A DNA stretch of 64,000 bases. Origin: Candidatus Aminicenantes bacterium. GTDB lineage: Bacteria > Acidobacteriota > Aminicenantia > Aminicenantales > Aminicenantaceae. Where the stretch lies: positions 8,501 through 72,500 of the forward strand of contig JAGGYH010000018.1 in assembly GCA_021162615.1 (NCBI GenBank), given 5' to 3'. The translations under genes were made by a program, and so were the position numbers. Positions 52,800-61,043 of this stretch are shown one piece after another. Under the pieces are notes generated by a model that was given only the letters and a program-made list of their open reading frames with translations, was not told where the DNA came from and ran no database searches. Every line of letters starts with the position of its first letter. The first letter of the stretch is position 1.

Positions 52800-54080
52800 A
52801 TGGCATCGAATAAAAAGACTTTCAAAGGGAAGAGAATAGACTGTAATGACTATTCCATGTCCGATTTTGCTGATTTTAGGAGTAATGACCTTTTTGAAGC
52901 GGCTGAGTATTTCTGGGAATATGTGGATGATGCAGTAAAGAAGAAGTACATGGTCTATGCTCAGCCCATGATGTCCGGACCGCGCACCGAGCTGGAAGTA
53001 TATGACAGGAACACCCAGTCTGTGAGGAAATTCCTTAATTTCTGTTCCTACAATTACCTCGGATATTCCTTTCACCCGGATGTCATAAAAGCAGTTAAAG
53101 AAGCTCTGGATGAGTTCGGAACCGGTGCTGTCTCCGCCCCCCTTTTGAGCGGTTATTCTGAACCCATAAGCCGGCTGGAAGAAGAAATCAGCCGTCTTAA
53201 ATCAAAAGAACTATCAGTGGTATTCCCCACAGGTTACAGCACAAACATAGGGATATTATCAGGCATTCTGAAACCCGGTGATGTGGCTGTTCTGGACGTT
53301 TTGTCTCATGCTTCCATTTATGATGGAGTCAGAATGGCCGGAGCGGACATAAAAGTCTTTGCTCATAACAATCCGTCGCACCTGGATAGGGTCCTGAAAA
53401 AAACGAATAAAAAACGTGTACTGGTCTGTGTAGAGGGTGTTTACAGCATGGATGGGGACCTGGCGAATTTGCAGGGGATAGTCCCCATATGCAAGAAGTA
53501 TGGAGCCAAATTACTGGTGGACGAAGCTCATGCGACTTTGGTTTTTGGAGAAAAGGGCGGAGGCGTGGCTGAACATTTTGGAGTCGAGGATGAAGTCGAT
53601 ATTTCTATAGGGACATTCAGTAAATCTTTTGGTGCCATAGGAGGATTTGCCTCCGGAAATAAAAAGCTTATGACCTATCTGAGAATGTATTCGAGGTCTT
53701 ATGTTTTCTCCTGCGCTATGGCCCCCCATACAGCCGTTGGGATATTAAAAGTACTTGAGGTATTCAAAAAGGACCCATCAGAGAGGGAAAAGCTGTGGAG
53801 GAATACCCGCTATATGCATAAAAAGCTTGAGGAAGCCGGACTTGATATAGGGAACACGAAATCCCAGGTGATTCCGGTTATGACCGGAAGCGACCTAAGG
53901 TTGAGAGAAATAAGCAAGAGGATCCAGCAGAGAGGTTTGTACACAGGCGTTGTGACGTATCCTGCTGTATCCAAGAACAAGACCCGGTTGAGATTATCTG
54001 TTTCCTCCAAACACACAAAAAAACAGATGGATCAATGTGTTGAAACTCTGAAGCAGGTCTTCGATGAGATGAAGGATTGA
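52800..54080 (+). CDS. Alpha-oxoamine synthase family PLP enzyme, second paralogue
   Basis: 426 aa. CSYNYLGYS, SHASIYDG, VDEAHATLVFG, GTFSKSFGAIGG (PLP lysine), TYPAVSKNKTRLRLS. Confidence 0.85.
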   Translation: MASNKKTFKGKRIDCNDYSMSDFADFRSNDLFEAAEYFWEYVDDAVKKKYMVYAQPMMSGPRTELEVYDRNTQSVRKFLNFCSYNYLGYSFHPDVIKAVKEALDEFGTGAVSAPLLSGYSEPISRLEEEISRLKSKELSVVFPTGYSTNIGILSGILKPGDVAVLDVLSHASIYDGVRMAGADIKVFAHNNPSHLDRVLKKTNKKRVLVCVEGVYSMDGDLANLQGIVPICKKYGAKLLVDEAHATLVFGEKGGGVAEHFGVEDEVDISIGTFSKSFGAIGGFASGNKKLMTYLRMYSRSYVFSCAMAPHTAVGILKVLEVFKKDPSEREKLWRNTRYMHKKLEEAGLDIGNTKSQVIPVMTGSDLRLREISKRIQQRGLYTGVVTYPAVSKNKTRLRLSVSSKHTKKQMDQCVETLKQVFDEMKD

Positions 54081-54108
54081 ATATTCGACTGGGATTCCGC
54101 GTAAGGTA

Positions 54109-55608
54109 ATGAAAAAAATTCCATTGAAACACACATGTTCGATTGCAATGTTTTTCTTTCTGGTCTCCTGTGCTTCTGTGACGCTCGAAAACAGAGGAAA
54201 GGCAGGAGCACCTGATTTTGATCGAGTAATGGATTCTATCTCAAGCCGAAAATTAATGGATTATACGAAAGAACTTTCTTCAGAAATGTATGCCGGAAGA
54301 CTCTCGGGGACTCAGAAATGTAAAAAAGCCGCTGAATGGGTCGCCTCTCTTTTAAGGAAATGGGATATCTCTCCGGGGGGCGAAAAAGGCACTTACCTTC
54401 AATCCTTCCCCAATCCCTACACTACGGTCTTTGAGGGGGGGGAGCTGGCTTATCATTATGACAAAAGAGACTTGAATAAGAAAAAGTATTATGAATATGA
54501 GACAGATTACTATCCGGGTTCTGATTCAGGTTCAGGGGCTGTAACCGCAGAGGTCGTGTATGTAGGTTATGGAATTTATGCGCCGGAGCTGGATTATAAT
54601 GACTATGAGAATGTGGACGTTAACGGGAAAATAGTGTTCATGGAGCCCGGAATACCTGTATCCCAAAAAGAAAACCCGGAATTATTTAAAGAGTGGCGTC
54701 ATTACTCTCTCAATCCCTATAAAGCAAAAATAGCAGTGGCCCAGGGAGCCAAGGCCATGCTTTATAATGACCTGAAGATCGATCCTTGTATGGGTTATAT
54801 TGAGGGATTTCTTGTCTCCCATGTCGGGGATTCAGTAGCAAAAGATATTTTCTCTGGAACAGCGTTCTCGCCGCAGGAAGCAAGGGAAGAAATCCGGAAA
54901 AAATTAGCCCCCTGTTCTTTTGAGACAGGAAAGATTTTTACCATGGAGAATCTGACCGAACACCATTCTGAAGGGACCGGATATAATGTCATAGGTTATC
55001 TCAGGGGAGGAGATCCCGATCATAAAGACGAAGTCATAATCATAGGCGCCCACCTAAATCATACGGGCTTCTGCTGTGAAATAATGCCAGGGGCCGATGA
55101 TAACGCTTCGGGGGCGGCTGTGCTGCTCGGAGCTGCAGAGGCCCTCTCAAGAAATCCTGCCGGAGTGAGACGCTCTGTGCTGTTTATCGGATTCGGCTCT
55201 AAAGAACAGAGCCTTATGGGATCAAAAGAGTATTTGAAGGACCCGCTGTTTCCTGCAGAGAAGACAGTCTTGTTTATAAACATTGATATGGTAGGGAACG
55301 GAAGAGGGTTAAAGGTTTTTGGCGCAGAGGATTTTCCCGAATTATGGAAAGCCGTAAGAAGATCAAACAAAAAAAAAGTGGGAATGAACTTGATTCCGGA
55401 AACATTTGACTCTCCGGACTGGGAGAATTCGGATGCGGACTCCTTTCTCAAAAAAAAGATACCTTCATTATCCTTTAGGTCGGATAAAGTTCCTGACACC
55501 ATTTACACGGCCAGAGACACTCCGGATAAATTAAATCCAGACCTTATGAGAGACCTTTCCCATCTCCTTGCCTATGTCATCATTGATATGGCCAACTCGA
55601 AGAGATGA
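54109..55608 (+). CDS. M28 aminopeptidase with PA domain, lipoprotein
   Basis: Lipobox FFLVSCAS. PA segment VVYVGYGI...VNGKIVFMEPG. IIIGAHLNHTGF...PGADDNASGAAVLLGAAEAL...FGSKEQSLMGSKEY...INIDMVG. Confidence 0.85.
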   Translation: MKKIPLKHTCSIAMFFFLVSCASVTLENRGKAGAPDFDRVMDSISSRKLMDYTKELSSEMYAGRLSGTQKCKKAAEWVASLLRKWDISPGGEKGTYLQSFPNPYTTVFEGGELAYHYDKRDLNKKKYYEYETDYYPGSDSGSGAVTAEVVYVGYGIYAPELDYNDYENVDVNGKIVFMEPGIPVSQKENPELFKEWRHYSLNPYKAKIAVAQGAKAMLYNDLKIDPCMGYIEGFLVSHVGDSVAKDIFSGTAFSPQEAREEIRKKLAPCSFETGKIFTMENLTEHHSEGTGYNVIGYLRGGDPDHKDEVIIIGAHLNHTGFCCEIMPGADDNASGAAVLLGAAEALSRNPAGVRRSVLFIGFGSKEQSLMGSKEYLKDPLFPAEKTVLFINIDMVGNGRGLKVFGAEDFPELWKAVRRSNKKKVGMNLIPETFDSPDWENSDADSFLKKKIPSLSFRSDKVPDTIYTARDTPDKLNPDLMRDLSHLLAYVIIDMANSKR

Positions 55609-55790
55609 AATTCAGATGTGGCCTGTGCTCCCTACTTTCATCAGGCAAGCTGGTTCTTCAGCCCGCTGATTTTTCCCGGCGAGTAAAATCAGCTTATTCC
55701 TCGGCTCGCTCCCCTCTGCGAGGAACCATGCCCGCTCGCCTCCGGATGACTTCAGAACCAGCCCGCCTGCCTGAAAGTCGAGATGTTTCG
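55605..55790 (+). repeat. Repeat element with an internal imperfect inverted repeat; its first ~68 bp recur at 60658-60726
   Basis: atgaaattcagatgtggcctgtgctccctactttcatcaggcaagctggttcttcagcccgctga... The arm 55634-55661 is imperfectly complementary to 55750-55778 (about 23 matched positions). Starts on the TGA stop of the M28 gene. Confidence 0.65.
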
Positions 55791-55857
55791 TGATAGTATT
55801 TTTAACAGGAAAAGAGCAGATATTAATAATTTCAGGTATTGGCCTCAGCTCCCTTAT

Positions 55858-58077
55858 CTACTTAATGTAACCGAGGCTTTTAAGCCTTTCCTTTGTCTCT
55901 TTGTCGATTTTTTCAAGGTCGATTTTTTCGCTCTTAAATATCTGGCCGCCTGAGTATGACCTTATGAGCTCGCGAAAGTATCCGGCCGCCGAGGGCATTT
56001 CAAAGACAAGGTTCGTTTTTTCCTGATAATCATTTAGGAGGTCGAACAGCATGTCTTGGTTTTTAGTGGAGATGAATTTGTAGCGGTGTTCCACAATGCT
56101 TTTCTGCTGCCTGCCTCCGGATAAATTTTCCAGGAAAACATGGGAAGATGTTTGTTCCGGACTCAGGATGAACGGCAAAAGGGTTTTCCCATGCAATCCG
56201 TTGCTGTCTGTAATGCCGAAGAGTTCCAGAAGAGTCACCGGAACATCCACGACACTGGCAGGGATTTGGGGACTGGAAGGAGGCACAGCAAGCTTTTTTG
56301 GAAAAATCATGATGAAAGGAATGTGCACCATCTCCTGGAAGAGAGTAGTGTTGTGACCGAATTTTCCATGCTGCATTTTGCAGGCGTCTCCATGGTCTGA
56401 AGTAAAGATGAAGATGGTATTGCCGAGGAGCTTGTTTTCCTTGAAAAAATCATAGATCTTTTCAGCCAGGCTGTCCGCATAGAGCACATTGGCGTCATAC
56501 ATGGATTCGATATAGTCCAGCAGGTCATCAGTGGCTTTGATTTCTCCGGTTTCGATTTTTCTGAAATTTTGGGGTGTCGGGCTGAATGATATGTTGTCCG
56601 GTGCCGGAAAAATCCTGAATTTTTTGGGAGGAAGATAAGGTGAATGGGGAGGATGAAGATGAATATAGATGAATTTTTGTTGGTTCTTATGGTCATGAGC
56701 ATAGATATCTGTGAGTGCCTCGGTAAATATGATTTTGTATCTATTGTAGTACAGCCGGGTGAATCCTTCCGACAGACCCCAGCCTTTCGAAAACCACGGC
56801 TGACCGGTTATGAGAAAAGATGATACAGAACGGCTGGATAGGATTTCGGTCAGATGAGGAAGCGTGGAATGGATTCTCGTGTCTTTTTCGATAAGCCCGT
56901 GTTCGTGGGAATATCTGGATGTTAAAAGTGTTCCTGTTGAAGCAAGAGTATAAGGGCTGTTTGCATAAAAGTTCTGGAACACGATTCCCTGTTCTCCGGC
57001 TTTTTTTAAAAAAGGAGTGGTGTTTCTGCGGTATCCGTACAGGCTGGAATGTTTGGCGTGAAAGGCATCCAGAGCCACATAGACAATATCGAATTTTCCT
57101 GTATGCAGTTCCTTATACAATTCAGCAAGTTCTGGTGAGACCCCGGTCTTTTTCACGGGTTCGAGAATTCTTATTCCTGACCAGACAGCAAAATCCTGGG
57201 AGGAATAGGCAGACTTTCTTTTGGTTTCTAAATAAAAAGCTATTTTGACATACTGGTCAGAGAGACCTTTCAAGGCAATTTTTTTTGAACCTGCTTTTTT
57301 GAAATGGATGTGCCTGAAAACGCCTTTATCTGAGGATATCTTTATATGGGCTTTTATGTTTCTGGGTAACCTTGAGATTTCTGTTTCCAGCTCTTCCGGG
57401 CCTGACGGCTTTAGGTAGAAGGTAAAGGCACTTTCCGGGAAATGAATGATTTCCCCGCTTTTTTTTTGAATAAGAGGTTCAGGCGTTTTCACAGCTTCTT
57501 CCCCTGGTCGGGTAAATTTAAAGTATTTGAATGCGGCTGAGAGCGAACGCTGGTCTTGGGTATCCAATGAGTCCGACGGCCTTTCCGTCAGTTGATATGC
57601 AAAGGTGAGTGTGTTCTTCCCGATTTCCATCAAGTCATCAGGAAGAAGGATGTGATAGACATCAAAGGAGGTCCCCGGCTCTATGGCCTTGATTTTCTTG
57701 GAGTTGAGAAAGACCTCTATTTTTTGATTTTGATTATCTGTAGATTTGATGGACCGGCATTCCATTTCCAGATTTAAACTGTGGACCTGTGCCGCATCAA
57801 AGAGGAGGGTGCTTTTTTTGCCCTGAGCCCAGCGAAAATCCATTTCCGGCTTATGCCATCCGGAAATAAAGAGGGGCTCGTTCTTTGGATCCGCCGCATC
57901 AATATACCGGGTTCCATAGATATGTTCAGAGATATCAAAATCTTCCAATAAATCTCTCGAGCCTCTGGTCTCAAAGGCTGTTTTTTCCGAACCAGGCTTG
58001 CCGCAGGAGGAGACAATAAAAACAAGAGCCGGAATCATAGCCATGCACAGCAAAAGGGAAAATTTTATTTTTTTCAT
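55858..58077 (-). CDS. Sulfatase-fold (alkaline-phosphatase superfamily) lipoprotein with a Thr-type active-site segment and a long N-terminal domain of unknown function
   Basis: ATG 58077 gives MKKIKFSLLLCMAMIPALVFIVSSCG. The C-terminal 420 aa have IVYVALDAFHA, NSPYTLASTGTLLTSRY (where sulfatases have SPvCsPSRasLLTGRY), HLHPPHSPY, FTSDHGD. Confidence 0.7.
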   Translation of the reverse strand: MKKIKFSLLLCMAMIPALVFIVSSCGKPGSEKTAFETRGSRDLLEDFDISEHIYGTRYIDAADPKNEPLFISGWHKPEMDFRWAQGKKSTLLFDAAQVHSLNLEMECRSIKSTDNQNQKIEVFLNSKKIKAIEPGTSFDVYHILLPDDLMEIGKNTLTFAYQLTERPSDSLDTQDQRSLSAAFKYFKFTRPGEEAVKTPEPLIQKKSGEIIHFPESAFTFYLKPSGPEELETEISRLPRNIKAHIKISSDKGVFRHIHFKKAGSKKIALKGLSDQYVKIAFYLETKRKSAYSSQDFAVWSGIRILEPVKKTGVSPELAELYKELHTGKFDIVYVALDAFHAKHSSLYGYRRNTTPFLKKAGEQGIVFQNFYANSPYTLASTGTLLTSRYSHEHGLIEKDTRIHSTLPHLTEILSSRSVSSFLITGQPWFSKGWGLSEGFTRLYYNRYKIIFTEALTDIYAHDHKNQQKFIYIHLHPPHSPYLPPKKFRIFPAPDNISFSPTPQNFRKIETGEIKATDDLLDYIESMYDANVLYADSLAEKIYDFFKENKLLGNTIFIFTSDHGDACKMQHGKFGHNTTLFQEMVHIPFIMIFPKKLAVPPSSPQIPASVVDVPVTLLELFGITDSNGLHGKTLLPFILSPEQTSSHVFLENLSGGRQQKSIVEHRYKFISTKNQDMLFDLLNDYQEKTNLVFEMPSAAGYFRELIRSYSGGQIFKSEKIDLEKIDKETKERLKSLGYIK

Positions 58078-58126
58078 TTTTCCTATTTTAACTTCAAGAA
58101 GTTTCAAATTGCAAATGTCACGTATT

Positions 58127-60622
58127 CTACTCTACTGTAAGAATATCTGTTCCCCATATTCCTTCCCTGAACACTAGGCGAATATCATCTGCCCAGACAT
58201 CTGTCCTCCCCATGGAAAAAATGCGGAGCTCCAGATCCCTGGTTGTCTCTTCCAGCTTGAAAGGCAGGACAAAGCTTTTATAATCTTTCTCTCCGGAAAA
58301 GTCATTTCCCTGCAGATCGATCTTACTGATGACCTTTCTTCCCAGGTCTGAAACAGCTTCTATGCGGATAACCGTTGCATTGTGTTTGTTGCTCCCGATT
58401 TTAAGCCTGAATACAGCCTCATACAGTCCAGGCCGGAAGCTGCGGTAGCTGCCGTAAGAAAGGAATCCTGTCCGGCGGTGTCTGTCTGCGGCGTGATAAA
58501 CAGCCTTATCTCTAAGGGATTGCTCATCGCGGATGATGCTTCCTCTTTCATGTTCCATGTCTTCCACTTTATAGTAGAGTTGTTTCTCAGGTTCCCAGTA
58601 CAAGAAAAGCTCATATTTCCCAGGTTGAGAGGGCGGCCTTCCGTATAATATGAATTCCTTTTCTGTTTCAGGCGGTATCCAGCACTGGAGTTCGTCGCCG
58701 GAACCGGATGCTGTTAATCGTTGGGATGGGGTCTGGGGAAAGAGGGCCCAGTTAAGGCATATTTTTTTTGGCTGCCTGAAGTCACAGTTTTTTATTCGGG
58801 CCTTCACTTCAAGACTGTCATCATAATGAGAGATTTTTTCGGGCAGAGAAACGGACAGGACTTTAGGGTCTACAAGCGAGTAAAGATAAAACACGGTTTC
58901 TTTCTTGTTGATGTGGTATTGGTTGAGAAATGTTGCGTCTTTCATTTCGTCAGGGTACTTATTGAAGTAGTAGTCCTTTTCATGGATGTCCCTGTTATCG
59001 ACCAGGAAGAGATGAGTGAGCCCGTATTGAGTGATGGGATTTTTTTTATAATTCACAAACTTTTCATAGGATATGAGCACTTTGTAAGGAGTGTCAAAAG
59101 CAGCTCCAGGAGCATCCATGCCTCCTATAGAGCCGCTTTGACCTACATATTTTTCTATATCTTTGCCCAAATTGCGGACAAAATATTGAGGTAAACGGGC
59201 CCAGTTATAATAATGTTTTCCTTCCAGATACAGGGAAGGCAGGACCAACAGAATGATGACACTTAAGGAGAGGTATTTGGGCAGACTTATCTCACGCCGG
59301 TTCTTAAGTATTTTCGGGCTAGCGATGTAAGCTGTCAGAGCTGCGGCTATGATGAGGCTTATTATGAATTCCACAGTACCTGGATAAACAAAGGGAAAAG
59401 CATCAGCGGGCTTGATTTGAAAATTTCTGTAAATCCATGGGATGAGGCACCTATGGATCAATAGGGTCAGGACAGCCGCACCAAGAGGATAGAAACTCCA
59501 GTGTGTTTTTTGGTTGAGTTTGATTTTTGAAGTCTTATAAAGGGCGACTAAGAATCGGGCGGCCATGACACACATAACAGGAATAATAGGCAGAAAATAC
59601 CTGGTAGGCCTGTAGCTTATAATACCAAGGAATAAAAAACATGTGCCAAACCAGATCCCGAGAAATACGTCTGGAGCAGGGATATGGTTTTGTTTCTTTG
59701 TATAGATCCAGAAGAGGAGGATGAAAAGGAAGAGAAAAGAACCGAAGAGCACTGCAGGGCTTGTGGATACATATTTAAAAAGAAAGGTCCTGTAGAGATT
59801 GTTTGCATAGAGGGAGATGCTTTTTTCAGGAAACATCTGCTGAGTTGTAAAAAATTTGCCGAATTCTGATATAGGTCCTTTAAAGGGAAGATAAAAGGCA
59901 GTGAACCATAAAATGAAGGAGGACAGCATCCCTGCGCAAAGAAAGACAAATCCTTTAAAAAGTTTTTTCAATGTGGATTTATCACGGCAATACATCAACA
60001 AGTAGATTCCGAATGCTGCGATAGGTACCGGAAGAAGATAGAGAAAAAGGTTTTTGAAAGTATAGCTTAGAAAAAAAACAGCACCGGAAGAAAAAAGAAG
60101 CCGGTTTCCCTTTTTGCTGCCTGCTTCTTTCGTCCCTTTCTGCCAGAGGTAAAAACCTATGATGAAAACAGCAAGAGTCTGGGTATCCTGCATTCCAAGC
60201 CTGGCATACATAATCGAGATAAAATTTATTCCAAACAGCAGCAGTGCCAGAAGTCCGGTTTTCTCTCCATAGCTTTCTTTGGCCGAGAGATAGATGAACA
60301 GAAGGGAGAGCATACTGAAAAAAATAGAAAAAAGGCGGATCTGTGCCCGGCCAATGCCGATAATTTGAAAGGTCAGATACTTCAGCCAGGTGGAAACAGC
60401 GCTGTAATAAAAGTCATTCCATTCATCCAGTTTCCACTGACCAAACAGTATGAGATTTCGGGCATTATGGTTGTATATGCCTTCATCGAAAAAAGTTCCC
60501 AGGCTCTCGCTCAAATACAGCGGAGGATCCGCATGGATATGGATGATCCGGGTCAACAGGAACACAATGAAGAGAAACAGAAAAAGATGCTTTCCTCTGA
60601 TATTTTTCATTTTGGTCTTCAT
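58127..60622 (-). CDS. GT-C fold glycosyltransferase (ArnT/PMT, family 39/83-like) with a C-terminal soluble domain
   Basis: ORF track 58127-60700. I prefer ATG 60622 (MKTKMKNIRGKHLFLFLFIVFLL), but the start is uncertain. First-loop motif FFDEGIYNHNARN, about 12 hydrophobic helices, then about 330 aa of beta-rich soluble domain. Confidence 0.75.
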   Translation of the reverse strand: MKTKMKNIRGKHLFLFLFIVFLLTRIIHIHADPPLYLSESLGTFFDEGIYNHNARNLILFGQWKLDEWNDFYYSAVSTWLKYLTFQIIGIGRAQIRLFSIFFSMLSLLFIYLSAKESYGEKTGLLALLLFGINFISIMYARLGMQDTQTLAVFIIGFYLWQKGTKEAGSKKGNRLLFSSGAVFFLSYTFKNLFLYLLPVPIAAFGIYLLMYCRDKSTLKKLFKGFVFLCAGMLSSFILWFTAFYLPFKGPISEFGKFFTTQQMFPEKSISLYANNLYRTFLFKYVSTSPAVLFGSFLFLFILLFWIYTKKQNHIPAPDVFLGIWFGTCFLFLGIISYRPTRYFLPIIPVMCVMAARFLVALYKTSKIKLNQKTHWSFYPLGAAVLTLLIHRCLIPWIYRNFQIKPADAFPFVYPGTVEFIISLIIAAALTAYIASPKILKNRREISLPKYLSLSVIILLVLPSLYLEGKHYYNWARLPQYFVRNLGKDIEKYVGQSGSIGGMDAPGAAFDTPYKVLISYEKFVNYKKNPITQYGLTHLFLVDNRDIHEKDYYFNKYPDEMKDATFLNQYHINKKETVFYLYSLVDPKVLSVSLPEKISHYDDSLEVKARIKNCDFRQPKKICLNWALFPQTPSQRLTASGSGDELQCWIPPETEKEFILYGRPPSQPGKYELFLYWEPEKQLYYKVEDMEHERGSIIRDEQSLRDKAVYHAADRHRRTGFLSYGSYRSFRPGLYEAVFRLKIGSNKHNATVIRIEAVSDLGRKVISKIDLQGNDFSGEKDYKSFVLPFKLEETTRDLELRIFSMGRTDVWADDIRLVFREGIWGTDILTVE

Positions 60623-60657
60623 AGTGATGATAAAGAATAATTCAGAAAAGGTAAAGA

Positions 60658-60726
60658 TGAAAATCAGGTATGGCCTGTGCTCGCGACTTTCATCAGGCAA
60701 GCTGGTTCTTCAGCCCGCTGAATTTC
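60658..60726 (+). repeat. Second copy of the 55605 repeat head
   Basis: atgaaaatcaggtatggcctgtgctcgcgactttcatcaggcaagctggttcttcagcccgctgaatttc. About 90 percent identical to 55605-55674 by manual alignment. Confidence 0.65.
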
Positions 60727-61043
60727 AGAAGGTAAAAAGGTGCTGTCTGGAAGATTCAATTAATTGGAGAGAATTCAATTTTTTGAATTATCCGGAAGGC
60801 ACAAAAAAATTTGCATTTTACTATATGCCTGATATGAAACAGGATAGAAAGGTTGTGAAATTTGGCATAAATATTGCTTTCTTATTATAAGAAAGATGGA
60901 TATGTATACAAAATCAAAAGGAGGTGATCAAAGCCTTATATTTCTAAGAGACAATATTTACAGGAAAAAGTGTGGAGTGAATTTCACTCCTGAGTTATTG
61001 GTAACTTTTTCCCAATTTATTTTGGGTAAAAAGGAGGAAAGAA

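Noticed and set aside
55605-55793. Small ORFs starting MKFRCGLCSLLSSGKLVLQPA (55605) and MKIRYGLCSRLSSGKLVLQPA (within 60450-60890)
   Set aside because: The shared peptide reflects nucleotide-level repeat identity. Substitutions are a mix of synonymous and radical changes, and the downstream parts are unrelated. Treated as non-coding repeats, although a conserved micro-ORF cannot be fully excluded.
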